In this document: piece by piece, positions 36,517 to 51,680 of the stretch
Layout: every line of letters starts with the position of its first letter
Numbering within the stretch: the first letter of the stretch is position 1
Source of the DNA: Antedon mediterranea
Lineage: Eukaryota > Animalia > Echinodermata
Length of the DNA stretch: 64,000 nucleotides
Direction of reading: 5' to 3'
Assembly (NCBI RefSeq): GCF_964355755.1
Contig: NC_092675.1
Span: 7,559,812-7,623,811, forward strand
Notes under the pieces: generated by a model
Database searches by the model: none
The model's input: the letters and a program-made list of their open reading frames with translations, nothing else
What the model was told of the DNA's origin: nothing
Translations under genes and position numbers: made by a program

Positions 36517-39500
36517 GGCAAACGCAACGCTTCAACTTTCAGATACTTGTCTACGGTAGCGTATTCTAAATACTTATAACATATTCTAGAATGCGAGTCA
36601 TTATAATTACGTATATTTATTTCGCATCGTATACAGTAGTCAAACAAGCAATTGGAAATATTTTAGTACTCTAAATTACAGCCGCAACAGCATTTCGGAT
36701 GTATGTGCATATCAAAGTTTTAACAAATATAAAACTAAAGCGCTAATAAATGATTAAGACAAACCCTTGAACTTTTAACTTTTTTTTAATCCACCCTTAT
36801 TTCCACCTAGTCGAGAACTTTGTTTCTTTTTTAATATTTATGTATATAATAATATTTAACATAGATCACGTATTCTTAATATTATTCTTGTAGAAAACAT
36901 TTATGAAGTTTCTCCGGTCGTTTTACGGGCGCGCGCGTCCCACAACCTTGCTCTTTGAACGCCGCTTTTAGTGTGCGCAATGAAACTAGAGTAGAACGTC
37001 TAACTAAAAATAATCACTTATTGTATTATGATTTATTTGCAATTCTTGTTATGATTACCAAGAAAACCACTCCAAATATAGACCAAATTCAGCATGTTTG
37101 TAAGTTTAGTTAATCAATTATGACAGATAGCGATGCTAATTAAATGAAAACGCTTATTAAATGAATGAACAACATAGATAAGTGGACGACACTTAAATAA
37201 CGATTATAGTTCATTGACCTAACCATGCGTCGACAGGACGAACACCCAGCCAATCTGGTGTTAAAAACTAATTTTCATGAAACCATATATGGCAATTAGG
37301 GGAAATCAAGTTTACAGTGACCTTAAAGAGTTTAAAAACGTGGTATTCGTCAGAAAAAATGATGAGTTATTACTCTTTATATTTTCCGACAGAACGTTTA
37401 TAGCCTGAAGACAAAATGTGTTAAACCTAAGGGCAGATGGTCACAGGAAATACCCACACGAGACAACTAAATATCGGGCTCAGAAACTTTACACACGTTC
37501 ATTATAATTACTCATACCATACGAATAATAATTCAAACGAAAAGACTTCATATAAGTCTAGATATTAATATACGAGTCTGTTGCTTCCTATATACCATAT
37601 TCTTATGCTGTCGTACACATTACAGTGCACTATTAATTGTAAATAGCGGATGCTAATACATCAGTTTAAACACGTACTGGTTACACATTTTTAATTCTAG
37701 TCGTTAGTTATCGTAAGGATATTCGACTATGATTCTATTATTAAATTGTAGATAATTTAGGTAATGTGTTTATTCCGTGTTTATAATTTTAGGTGGAGCT
37801 TCAGTTAATTAAAATTAAACGAGAGAGGATACGTTTTTAAATTACATGGCAAGTCCAGTTAACCGTATTTACAGATGGTTTAAGATGTACGGGTCTGTAG
37901 CTGCTGGGGCGGTGTCCTCTGATATATAAAAGTTCTTCTATAACAAAAGTGGATTTCAGCTTCCATGGAAATCGCAGGCTTGACTCTCACGGACAAAACT
38001 CAAGGAATGTAACGTCTTACACCAATAAAGAATGCAAGTCATATATTATTAATAAATACACTTGAAACAACGACACTTTAAAATAATTCGGTAATAGTTG
38101 AAAGAAGGGATATCCCATCCAAGGATAGAGGGATTAGAAACCTTTTGTTCCTTTCAGATTTATTGTATAATTATAACCTATTGTGATCTTAATTTCGATC
38201 AATTTGAATCAATATGTAATTAGTGGACATAAGCAGCTAATGGGGGATAAATTGCACCCGGTTCTTCATTTATAATAATCGATTAAATATAAATGGCGGC
38301 AATATAGCAAGAATGGCGGAATAGAGAAAAAATGTCGATTCATGATATCTTTGAATTGATGTATTGGAAGATATGTTGATAAGACGGTAAGCTATAATAA
38401 TAACGCAACGTCATGTCGTTTGTTTGCGTTAAATGTAACATATTATAAAGGTTTTATCGTGTAGGTCCTAATTTTGGTGGTAGTGATGCATGGTTCCATC
38501 CCCTTGTTTCTTGCGTCATCTCGTCTAAAACACCAATATGGTCTGGCATGATAGTGTTTAAAACTAACGATTTCCAAAAACACCATACCGTAGCTGTTGT
38601 CTGGCATGACTGACAATTGTAGCCTTATATTAATGGCCTCTTAAAATATGATATTTGTAATGATATAGAGTTCATAAATAATAATCTGGATGAAATTGTT
38701 TTATATTATATAATACTTGTGCGATGGTGTCGTGACGAAGTGGGCGTTTCACAAGGGCGACCATAAAGGGCGTGATATGGAATTTAATCATGATGACGGA
38801 ATAAATATAGGACAACCAATTGTTTTATAAAGGTGCATTTCAGTAGGCCTACAAGTGCCAACTGTCGTGTAGAAAATGATTGTTACGCTAAACTTTAAGT
38901 AGGCTAACTAATTGCAATTAAACATGTCCATATTATGAGGCCTAGTGTAATGCATTGCCTCGAAAATAGATCATAAATATCATGGGGAATGCTAAGAATA
39001 GGAGCGATGTCAGGCGGATGTTTACCTGTTTACTTTGTTTGTTTGCGCATATTTTTTATTTATGCCAATGTTTACACACTGATATCTAATTGCACTCACC
39101 CATAGAATAAACCTGTGCCGATGACGGAATATTCAAATATAGTGCATTCCGACACGCGTATTACCTATTTGGTTTTATATCTTATATTTTTATAACACCT
39201 TCATTTGATAGATAAATACCTGCCAATTATTGTATATCATTTATAGTATTAAATACCTTTAAGGTGTTTTTGTACAGTCCATTGTGGTCTACAGACCAAT
39301 GGATATGAAAAATATAAACGTTTGTAACGAAATAATGACAACTTGTTAAGTTAATTATAACATTTTTCTGTGAAATTAACGAAGAAAATAACATTTATAC
39401 TACACTACGGTCAACCACATTTAGTGGGTTACGAAGGATTAATAAATAAAAGAAGTCAAACGTTTCGTTCAATAAGAAAGAATTAAAGAATCTTTTACTT

Positions 39501-39677
39501 AATGTTAAACATATCATTTGTATTATATAGAGGTATTATAACTGATGTTTCATATTCTCACTTTTTTCATTATTTTGTGTAACCATGTTAAAGGGCTAAC
39601 TGAGAGAAGTTTACTTCTAGGTTGGTCCTCATTGTTATGCTCTGTATTATTTGTATGAGAGATACCACTTGACTTGC

Positions 39678-39745
39678 TTAACGCGTCTTCACTCGTTAAA
39701 CGCGTCGTCACTCGTTAAACGCGTCGTCACTCGTTAAACGCGTCT
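39678..39745. repeat. 20-bp tandem repeat (AACGCGTCGTCACTCGTTAA)x3
   Basis: Direct reading. Confidence 0.9.
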
Positions 39746-40919
39746 GATTGAGACGAGTTTATTTAAATAACAAAGTGTGTGTTGGTTTATGATAGCGACC
39801 ACACCACATAGCGATGACATGAGGAAAAACTCCTCTACGCAAAGAGAGATGGACAGCCAAATCTCTCAAACTAAATCATTCTGTAAAACACGCCGACATT
39901 GATATGAAATAAGGGCGTGGTGGGGTGGGTTAGAAGGCAAATTGCGCTACCTATGGATTTTTTTCAACCATTATATTTCAATGAGTAGTATGATCTTGTA
40001 TTTCCTTTAAATAAAATAATAAAATAAGTAATATCGCGGCTCAGGTATTCAACTACAAACAGCATAAATGTTGTTCAAATATAACCTTTACTATATCGCA
40101 ATGCTTGATCTTCTGCAGAAACCAGAGTGCATAATAAATGTGTTTACATGATTTCAAAAAGCGGAAATGTTATCTAGGACCTATAGACCTATTATGTAAA
40201 TAATAATCATTTCTTTTTACGGTGTAACGTAACAACAGTAGGCCCATCTAGGCCTATAAGAACCCTTCTAAATTGTCAAGGCCCAGATATTCTATATTTT
40301 ATTTTATCTTTATTATACATCAATAGGTGACATAAATAGCATCACAGTAGGCCATGCATGGCCTACTGTGACTTACATGGGCCATAGACCAAACTATAAA
40401 TCTAGGATAAACAGCATTATAATTACTTCTTAAGTTGTTTTGCTAGTTATACATACAGACTCGATATGTACTAAGTCCTATTGGATTAAGTAAAAGCCTA
40501 CTAACAAGAAACTAAAATATCATAAACGTCATTTACTTAAGTATAATCTCAGAACTTAATTAATTAAAAAGAATGTGAAAACTAGAGGTAAATGACCGGT
40601 GAATGAGGGTAAGATTTGACCTAGTTAGTAAACTTTAAAGCCTGTTGGATTACCAAAAGGATCACACAACCGAGAGGGGGAACATTTTAGGAATTTTATG
40701 AAATTATTCCCCTCAGGCGAAACAAGTTAGTCACGGGTGCAGGTCAAGCATCAAATGGCCATCAAAATCCGAAGAAGGGAACTGTAAACAGGGCCTCGAT
40801 CTATTGAGGCTCAGTAAAATTAATTTAACCTTCGATTCAATAAAAACATCTGTTAATATAGACTAACTAGTAATTGTATATAGGATATTAATGTTTGTGG
40901 GTGGTGAAGGGTGTGTGTC

Positions 40920-41044
40920 ATTGATGGGTAACGACGCAACGCAATTCATTTGACCAATCACATCGATGGGTCATCCGAACTGTCGCTTGTAATTGGTCAA
41001 ATACTTGCGTGACGTCCTTGCGTTGCAGTGGGAAACCAAGCTTT
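40920..41044. mobile_element. MITE family A degenerate copy
   Basis: GACGCAACGCAA..GACCAATCAC...AGTGGGAAACCAAGCT. Confidence 0.6.
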
Positions 41045-44000
41045 ATCGGGGTGCAGTATGGCACGTAATTGCGTAGGTACTTGAGGGTCAAGCAATAATA
41101 TGCAGACCACCGATCGATATAAGGGCGTAGGCATAATAGCTGCAGGTTGTTTAATGGTTGAAGAAAATGCATCACCCCTACAATATTAGTCCCCATAATT
41201 CCCCTGTGCTTGTTTGTGAATATACTTATAGGCATACCTCGATTGTTTAGTGTTCCAGGTACCTCACCTGTGCACCTCCCTATGCACAAACTGTCCCACT
41301 CCCTTCTTGCGCGCTGAATTTCGAAATACTTTGTGGCGTTATGTTAGGTTGGCGCATGGAATATAAACATGTAGGTCTATGGAACTATGTCACGTATATG
41401 TCAACGTACCGTATACCACTGGAGTGCAAACTTAAAAGATTATCAGTAATAACTTATATATAACAATACAGAACAGATACCTAGAGCAGAAGGTTAATAC
41501 AAAATTGTTGTTTTTCAAGTTTTTTTTATACCAAAAAACATGTTTTTCTTGTAGTTGACTTCCCACATTTCTGGGGTGACCTAAAAAGTTTATCAAAAGC
41601 TAACTTACCTTCCTTCTTAAAGGAATTGTGTCAGGGTTGATGAGTTCAGAAGGCCTTAGACAGGACGGAACCCTCTCTCGTCAGTGAAAAAGTGCTGCTA
41701 AAGTCGTAAATGCTCGTAAAGTCAGTCGCACACAATATGCAAGCAGTGACCCAAAATATGGCAGCCTATGATACAGAGACAAGATAACGTAAGGGTCGAG
41801 GCTCACCAATTAGCACTGTGTCAATTTATGATTTCTTTATCTAATTCAATTTGTACACATATTTAATAGCTGTTGAGTTCAAACAAACGAATAATATCCA
41901 TTCCATTTTATCTATAGACAAACAGGGTTCGTCCAACTTGTTAAATCAAGGTAACAAATATTTCAATTGTAACCCGGATTTAACTAATTTTAAGTACCAA
42001 TTGTATGAAACCTAGATACTGTATTTAATTTAAAAATAGGCCTACTATTATTATCTATTTCATGATAGTATCCATCGCTTAAAAAACATAAACAACCTAT
42101 ACACAAGTGGTACCAACCTAACCCATATCATCAATAGGGTATCGTAATTAATTAGGATCGTTTCACATATTGAGATATTAAAAATGATACGTTATTGATA
42201 ATAGTTACGTATTAATAACTGTTTACTGTATTAACTGTTGATTGTGAAGTTAAAGCGCAGCCTATCTGTCTCTAACTCTATAGATTGTATAGTAATTAAG
42301 TTTGTTGTCTTAGGACTTAAGTATTTGCCAATAGGAAGTTCAGAGTTGTAATGTACTATTAAGTTTTCCTAATCAGTGTCTGTTTTGCAAATAGCTTGAC
42401 AAAGGGATACTGTAATGACACTCGTGGTGTTTTTTTTTTAGCGCGATTGAATAATGATAAGATATTAATTATCAATAATAATGACCGGTATATACTAGTA
42501 CTAAAAGCAAAATGAAAACCTGAGAAATATGTCTTTTTCCTGTACTTACTGTGGATATCCTGAAATGAATAATGATCGTGTCTATCAAAATAACTAATTG
42601 TGGCTGGAAATCTTAAAATTCTTTTCGTTATTCTTCTACATTTTCAGTATAAAGGCAAGTACAAAATTGAGGTATAACACCCCCCCCCCCCTCCCTCTGC
42701 CCCCACGTCAGGTTAAAGGTGTTTCGTTTTACCATGGAGGATACCTACATACATGCACATTAGCTGGTCCTCCCACCCCCGTTTCACAAATATTTATTAT
42801 ATAATACCGGTATATAATAACATTATATTGTAATTTAGTTTCACCAAGTTACACTAAATACTGTATAATTAATACTTTCCGCGAAACATTGTCTTTAAAA
42901 AGAGCAGCTCTTTGGCAAACCGACATGCACATGTGCCATACAACAATCCATGAAAACCCACACGTGTTTCCTATTTTGTTAATATGCGATATTTTGAAAC
43001 AACAAAACATTTCACTATGGTTAGGATACAACGAATATCAATATCTAATTTGATAACGAATAAATACCGCAGGAAACAGTATATTTATAGTTTTGCGGTA
43101 GATATTGGTTTGTGGTGACACGTGGATTGTGGTCGGGGTACTTCTACTTTGAAGAGGAAGGAAATTAAGTCACAAAACAAGGTAAGTGACGAGTATGTGA
43201 CCGCCAAGTACAAGGTTGATGATACGTAAAATTAATTAATAAACAAACAAATATTTAGACGTGTAATAATACCACATCTTTTGATTAAAATCCTTGCATA
43301 ATATGAAATGAATTAAAACAAAATAGGTCTATATCGAAATAATATTTACTTATATTTGACCCAGCAAAGTTTCCTCATAAGGATTGGCACTTAGTTACCA
43401 ATGATCTGGTTTCAATGTCTTTTGGATAGAAAATGTCCCTTTGAATAGAGATGTCCTCTAAAAAGAGGAGTTGTATTTTGTTTAAATCATTTGATTGTCA
43501 CGAATTGTCTCAGAATGCTGTCTTCTTTAAAAATTGTATTTGTATTAATTTTTTAAAATGTATTCATATAACATACAAAACTAGAACAAGCAAGAAAACA
43601 TTCAAAGAAAAAAATTACAAAACTGTTGCAAATTTTGCTTTATGGCTGTCTTTGTATAATATAAGAGTTGGCCGCCCATACCTTACTGTACCAGGCCTAA
43701 GCGTCACATTATTAGCTAGATAAACGAATTACGAATGGCAGTAATTTATTCTTATGACAAATATTTGCTGAATTTATTGCTTAATAAATACAATCGATAC
43801 AGAAGTTAGATAACAATATCAACAACAATAATTGAAGAGTCAAACCGATATTTGGTAAGTACGGGTTAAGGACCATGTGTCGTCGGTCGAGAGGTAGCGT
43901 GACGTGTCGTCGAGAGAGGAAATAATTACAGGAACTCCCAAAGGAAATATTTAATTTAATTCGAGGACAAATTATATATTATAGGCTTATTTGTCAATGC

Positions 44001-45559
44001 TATACCAATATAATAGATACAGTATTATAATTATTAAGATATTTATCATTAAAAATGTTTTGAAATTAATGTTATAATAACGTAAAGTTGGGGAAGAGAT
44101 ATAATATATAATATACAAGAAAACCAAACACATAAAATATAAATATCAGAACTAAAACTTAATAATGACTAATTATAATAATTTTATAAAATAATATACC
44201 TACAAAACATGTCTTAGATTCTTTAAAAGAAGCCATTAAAAATCCTCACAACTCTATAAAATGTATAATGTACAACAATCCAGAAAAAAAAAGTTAATTA
44301 AAAAACATAAATTACTGCTACGATAGATGGGATAAGATTATGTCATTTAGTGCTTTGTAATTAAGGAATTAATTCAAAACATTTTACTCTCTGTGAAAAT
44401 TATCTTTTTTGTTAAGCTTTAAAAAAAGGATTGTTTGCATTTTCTTAAAAGTTAAATTATTTGCCTATGCCCTTGTGCCCTTTTTCATATTTGTATTTAT
44501 ATATATCTTGTTTTGTAACAGGGGGTTTTCATTAATTCATCATTCATTTATAAGCTATGCTTCAGAGAGTTCTCCCTTTCTATTCTTTTGTTTTGTACTA
44601 TGATTATTTATGTGTTTATGATTATGTGAATGGAAATGAAGAAAGATGTTTCAAAACAAAGGATGAATTGGCGTTAAGGTGAATTTGGGGAAAATGTAGC
44701 CAAAAAATACTACTTCATGTAGGCCTATGTAATGTTTTATTTCACTTTACTTTCTTTATAAGCCAGCGAGATTAGTCAAGGTCCATTTTACTGTCTGTAT
44801 CCAGGATTATGAATAATATAGGCCTACTAAATGGAATTCTAGGGTATAATATTCGTGACAGTGATTTCCTTATAATATATACTCGAACGAGTAATAATAA
44901 GTATCTATAAGTATAGGAAGTGTATTGCTGACTGAAAATAAGGGCTAAGCCTTAATTGGAATCTTGGATCACGAAAATGTTTCTGAATTTCCTTTTTATG
45001 AAGGATGAGGTTGGTTCGCACGGTATACTCACTGGGAAAGATATAGCAAAAACATCCTATTGTTTAATTATGTTTTTGTTAGGCCTAATATAAAATTCTT
45101 GAGTATTTGGTAATCAAACAAAGTAGAACAGAGGCAGCAAAGGTTACAAATTCTGATTGCAAAATTACAGTAACTTAAAAATGTTTGAAAGACTTTTGAA
45201 AGTTTAAAATGTTACACGTTAGGTCCTACACATTAAAATTGATAAAAACGCTAAAATAACAAAAGAAAACTGTTAAGTTCTGTCTCTTTTCTTTTAATAA
45301 AATAATGTTATAAATCTGTAATTTTTTATTATTACAATCTGGTAACAACAGCTAAATAAAAGATGGTTTCAGTAAAATTGTTTCGGGAATTTTGTTATTC
45401 TTAGGCCTAAATAATGAGTTCGTGATGATTTATGGAAATTTTTATTGTATCATTTTTGTTTAATGACTTCATTGTTAATCATTTGATTTATATCTATTGG
45501 CTTCATAGAAGCATGTCAGTTTAAATGTTGAGCTAAAATCAAAAGAAAGGGAGGTACGG

Positions 45560-46420
45560 AAACGAATGGGGAATATAAAGTGCAATTTATTTATCATAGC
45601 TAGAATATATATAAATTTAGAAATAAAGAAAATTGTTTCAGTAATTGTGTGTAATAACACAAATTTTGTTCGTAAAGTCTACAATTGTATAATAATAGTT
45701 TTCGGGTTTTTTAAATTGTTAATAAGGGGTTTTTTTTCTGTGGGTAAAACCAAAGGAAAGGGAAGATACAGGAGATAAGTGGATGATGTTTTAGGCGTAG
45801 TCTATTTCTTCACGTATCAAGGTATAGATGTGAAAGTGTTGTCTCTTTGCTATTTCCTTGTTATTTCAATTTACAAAGTATAAAAGAAAATATTTTGAGT
45901 AATTGTTGTTATATTATTGTAAAAAAAATTGGGTTCGGAGAGTCTACAATAATTATATATAATATATTTTTAGGGTGTTTTTTTAACATAAAGGGTTCTT
46001 TTTGTGTAAAAAGAAAGAGAAGGAAAAGGATGAGTGTGTGACGTTTTGGGCGTAGTATTCTGGGTTTAGCTAGGGAAAGTAACGTCTCTTCGCCACTTCC
46101 GTGTTAATTCATTTAATTTATAAATAAATAAAAGAAAAACATTTTAAGTAATCATGTGTATTTATAACAACTGTGGTGTTTAAAAAGAATAAAATGTTTA
46201 TTTTCTGTTTGGGGCAAAACCCGAAATAATGGAAGAAATGAGACGAGATAGGGGAATGTTTTGGGCGTAGTTTACGTTCAGGTAGGGAAAATACATACTT
46301 AGTATTGCTATTTCCGAGCTATTATTTCATTTATGGAATACAAGAAAATATTTCGAGTCATTTTGGGCAACAGTTCCAGGAAGTTAAAATTATATATTAG
46401 TTTTAAGTTTTTTTTTAAAA
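45560..46420. repeat. Decayed ~235-bp tandem repeat (3-4 units)
   Basis: TTTT(A/G)GGCGTAGT at about 45790, 46025 and 46260, each followed by GCTATTTCC/GCCACTTCC and AAGAAAATATTT. Confidence 0.65.
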
Positions 46421-48789
46421 TAAAGTGTTTCTTTGGCAACATATTTGAGGTCATTTAAAAATATTTTTTATTTGATGTTTTAAATGACAGCAGGAAACTC
46501 AGTAAAAATCATTCTTTCATTTCTTTCTTTCTCAGATAAAAAAACCGAATATTTGTCTCTGTGACATTTAAACAAGCTACCATCACAAAACAAAACTAAA
46601 CAATATATATATATGAAAATATATTTTAGGAAAATATGTATAGTTTAAAATGACCTATATTGTCAAAAGGAATCGCTGTGAGAATTCCTCTTTCCAAATT
46701 CACAGACAAGTTTAAAATAACACCGATTTTTTTAAACGAACAAAGGAAAACAGGCCAGTTGTTGGAAAGGTAAGGGGTAAAATCATGAACTTTATATACA
46801 GGTAATCTGTCACAAAGTAATTCCGGTATAATGAGACAGAAAATGTATAAATCTAAAGTAATCAAACGTAATTTGAAACTTAAAAGAAACTTAATTAAAT
46901 CAATTATACATATTACCCGCAACAATTTCAAATCTATTATTCAGTATGTTTTCATAACTTATTTATAAAACCACATAATTTATAGAAACTTTCCGCAAAT
47001 AGTTATGTCAATACTAGTCAGCCAGAGAGAACTTTACAACGGAAGGTCATTGTTGATGTTCTTTGTCGCTCACCTTTATAATATTTATACAAAGATAAAT
47101 CCTCAGTTAAGTATGTGATCTTGAAAAGAAGAAAAGAAAAATGACTGGCATGAATGTCAGACAAAAAGAAAAAATGGAGAGTTGCAAGTTCAAATACAGT
47201 CAAGGCTAACAAGGGACATTCTGGGGTTTCATCTCAACTTTGTGTGAAGTGTGAACGCTTCTAAAATGAGTTATTAAATCAGTCAACGGAAGTTCTGTAT
47301 CTTGTCCTTTTAAAAAATGATAAAATGTCATGCTGATTCGAAAGTATTTTGAATTTGATGGAGAGCTTGTTGGCATATGATAGTATTGTACTATACTGGC
47401 CTATGTTTCAGCAATAATGTAACCGTGTTGTGTAATAAAATTACAAGGCCATAATACTGTATATGGCTGCAGTCGCGTGCTTAAGTTAGTGTTAACCGCC
47501 CGACATAGTGAGCTTTGTAAAAACAAAGCAACAAAAAACAAGGCCTAAAAATTATTAAGTATAATTATTACTACTATATAATTAACCTTGAATTGTATTT
47601 TGCCCAATGAATAAATATATTTAAGCTAATTGTTATTGTCTGCAATACGCATACTTTTTAAGATAATTCCTATGATACAGAGTGACTATGAGGAATACTT
47701 CATCCATGGTGTGATAAACATATGACACTGTATCACAGAACCTTTCTAAAATACTTTAAGAAACAAGCAAACTATTGGAGACTTTGCCAATAGTTTATTG
47801 AGATTCTGTATGCAACTTTCTTAACGTCTACTTCTAAAGTCATCCATACCCAGGAGCATATTGTGTTTTTCGTGTCCACTTAACCCCCCTTGACCACATA
47901 CAATTATCATGACCAATTATTATCAAGTACAATTTAGAGACAATTTGCATCTTTGCTTCTTTAATCAACCGCAATTAGCTGTTAATATCTATATCTAAAC
48001 ACCGACTGGTGTTTACACCACTTTGCTATAGCATAACTTCCCGTAGATTTCCACACTTCTCGAAGTATGACTCAAATACTAGAAGTGTTTTTCTTAAACA
48101 GTAAGTTAATTCCAAAATCCGTATTTATCAATGTTGGTTAGATCATAAAGTAAAAACATTTTAAATTTCAATTACTTTGTTTTCGCTAGGTATAATAACT
48201 TATTAAACCCACGTCAGTGTTATTACAATGGCCAGATCATTCAGCGTATGGTTAGCATATTGCTACAACAGAACACGCGATTATGGTTTCGAAATCCAGG
48301 TCGATTGAATTGAATCAATCGGTAAACGACAATGACATTTCAAAGTTTTACCAATGAAAAAATAAAAACTAATTTATTTAATGTCTCGTTTTTTAATGAC
48401 TTAATGATAACTAACATAATTGAATTTTACTGTTTTTCGCTAATTTTCGCTAATTTTTAATTGTGGGATTACAAGTTTTTCTTGGTAATATTGTTGATAA
48501 CATCTAATATTGGTCAAACGCATAACTGTAAAAGGTCTGCTGTTTGCTACGGTAACACAATAAACAGATATTCTTGTATTTTACTATTTTTCATTGTGTA
48601 GACCTACAAGTAGGAATATGTCGTGTAGAATAATAATTGGTAAAAAAAGATAAAACTTTAATATAGGCCTTTATATAATAAAACATAGACCTTATCAAAA
48701 GTTCATTTGGAGTAATTAATTCACCCAGTAAGTTAATTAAGTATTCTTTTAAGTAAAGTTAGTTCATACTATACAATATTATATTGTCA

Positions 48790-49026
48790 TTCAAAGATGT
48801 ATTGTCCCCAAAAAACATGAAAATGAAGATTGATTGATTAGACTTGAATAGGCTATTTTGCACTTTTAATAAAGGTACTCAGTTCTATAGAAAAAAACAA
48901 CCAACAAAAATAATTATTTCACTTATAAAAAGACAGTTACTTTTAACCAAAAACCATTGACAGACAATTTAAGTATTTTTTGCTGTAAATTGATTAACTG
49001 TCATAAGGGGGACAATATATCTTTAA
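48790..49026. mobile_element. Kolobok-like MITE
   Basis: AAAGATGTATTGTCCCC...GGGGACAATATATCTTTAA; AG..CT termini in a TTAA-like context. Confidence 0.65.
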
Positions 49027-51399
49027 ATAACAATTATTACCGTACAGTAGGCCTATTTAATTTCAATCCAATTAAAATTTGAATAATTTGCAGAGAAAAA
49101 TGAAATAAATACAGTTTTCTCTCATGGTTACATCAATGGTATCAATGTAACAATAAAGTCTAAGTGTATAATACATCAACATACATCCCTCTACCTACGA
49201 AAATGCACCAGTGAAGTTGCTATAACTGACCCTTGTAAGACGCAACAAATGAGGGCGATCAGAGGTCAATAAGCTGACGGATATTGACCTAATAACTGAA
49301 ATTTATCCTTTACTTTCCATCCACCTTAATTTTCTTTGCGGCTAAAAGCAATCTAAATGGCGGAAGAATTCTACTAAATAAACATACACGACTAATTGCC
49401 ATTTCATTGATGCAAATAAAGGTTGTGAAAAGTTGAAGTATTCATGCAAGTTTAAATATAAAATAGTTCTTTTTGTGTGGTTATGATTCTATAGAGCTTT
49501 ACAGATAAGACTCCTTCAACTGTTAAACCATGGTTATTCTAATACTATAAATAACCACACGAGTAAACTTATTATCTTAACAGGTTTATATTTCGTAAAT
49601 TTCTCTCGGGTTTGTAAGCGATTAATTAAATAATTCTTCTTTGTGTAAAGAATTCAATAAGTACTTCAATTGGTAACATAGTCTGTTAGGCTCTATTTAG
49701 TTTATCTTGTTAGCCCAAGGTGTGAGAACACCTTTAATGCCAATTGTCAATATAGTGTTAGTTTAATGGTTAGATACGAGGAATTTTCAGGATTGTTGAA
49801 AACCCCCTTCCGTAATCTTTATCCAAATTTAACTTTTATACCTATCGTATTTAGGATCAATTACCCAAAATCTGAATGGATAAAGCTAATATATTTCAGA
49901 AGGTGAAAAGACAGGAAATATCAAACAATACACTTGATGTCAATCATGTTTGAAACCAACACCCTCAAGTGTTTGCCAATTTTGAATCTAACCACCAAGT
50001 TCTAACGACTCTAAAATTCGCCGCCAAGTGGAAAATGTATACATCCAATCGATTATTATTTAATCGGGATTTAAATCAGTAAAGAAATTAGAAAAAATTT
50101 AATTTCCTATCCCATATTTGAAACATGTTTATGTAAACTGTAAATAACCATTTTTTTTTATTTTGGTAAATGTCTTTCTGTGGCAACAACCTTTGTTATT
50201 GCTGCGTAGTGGTGTAAAAGTTTTCTTGTCAGAAAAGTAAATTATGATGTTCTCAGATAATAGCCACTATAAGCATCGCGGGTAATGCAATGCATAGAGT
50301 AACAAAACAAATACTACAAACCAATACATGAATCAATTAAAACAAACAGATTCTGAATCGTGGCACAGATACAGTTCGGTTAGTTGATGACAACGATGGA
50401 ACATATTTTTTAGGCCTATAAATATTCCAATCAATAAATCAAAACATATGTGACACATTCAAAATGTCATTGACATCAGTACATTCGATAATATATTATT
50501 ATAATCAAAACAATTATAAACATAGTAGGGAGTATTTATTTATTTGGACACTATTTTATTACAGTGACACGCTGCAAGAGACGGAGGTGCGTCCGATGGA
50601 AGACCAAAGTCAAATAAACAATATAAAATTCTAGAGACCACAGCAATATTGTTGAATTCCTTCCAACAAGTTCAATGTATCCCTATTCATTGACTGGTGG
50701 AATTACTAATGTAGCTTTGATAATTATTGTTGTTTTCATCATATGTTTTCTCTAAATTACAATGAATTATAATAGTTTAGCAAGAAAAACTAAATCTTTA
50801 TAATGCTGTTGACTCACATCTTTCGTTCAAATAATAATTATTTATGCAATTATTTGATACAATTTTATTTTTGAAGATTAAGAAGATCATAGATTTAGAA
50901 AATCAAAAACACTACCGCTTTTATCCGAGACGATAGATTATTTTTGTAATTATCAGGTACTTGGGTTTTTAAGCTTTTTCATAAGTGGTATGTCAATAAA
51001 GTAGTGGTACTTAGGTGAACAGGTGGGTGGAATGACGATAATCGATACATAAGATGATTAGAGTAGCGTAAGGCCAAAAGATTGCCATTGTATCTGTCAA
51101 ATTAAAGTGCCATTAATTGCTAAGATGTTACACGACGAAGGCTAGATCGCAAACTCCAACCAGGGAGTTAGGCCTACTCCCTACTCAAACAGAATCAACA
51201 CTCAATACTTTATCTATGATTTTAGTCAAGTCGAGTGGTTAAGTAGGGCGAAGCGCAACATCCATAACACTAATGCTCCTCTCGAACACATTCTGGTGGT
51301 AGGACAATATTCGGATAAGAACGTCAGGTCCCATATGCACAAATCAGGGAGGTATACAAATATTAAACATCCATGCATGGATCATGCACTATATTTTCC

Positions 51400-51680
51400 A
51401 AACCCTTCCCTGGTTTTCCAGTGCATTCGCGGAAAGGCACACCATGAAAGCCCTGCCGAAGGGATGGTTGAAGAAGTCACGTCATCATAGATCCATTACA
51501 TACAGACAAGATGATGAGATCCGCACTAAAGTTTCCACATCAGGGAAAAGAGTAAACCCTTCTCTGGTTTCCAGTGCATTCTATTCTTTTCGAAAAAGCG
51601 GGTGCGCACACCAGCCCTGCCGAAGGGATGGTTGACGTTGACGTCATCATAGATCCAGTACAGACAAGATGATGAGATCA
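51400..51680. repeat. Two diverged direct copies of a GC-richer ~120-bp unit
   Basis: AAACCCTTC.CTGGTTT.CCAGTGCATTC...AGCCCTGCCGAAGGGATGGTTGA...ACGTCATCATAGATCCA...TACAGACAAGATGATGAGATC occurs twice. Confidence 0.85.

Noticed and set aside
39112-39175. Minimal hammerhead ribozyme (CCGATGA-CGGAAT...ATTCC-GACAC-GCGTA)
   Set aside because: Both core boxes deviate (CUGAUGA>CCGAUGA, GAAAC>GACAC) and stem I cannot form; at best a dead relic.
46626-47300. ORFs of 101 and 64 aa
   Set aside because: No identifiable domain and multiple stops on the opposite coding-like strand; probably degraded repeat.
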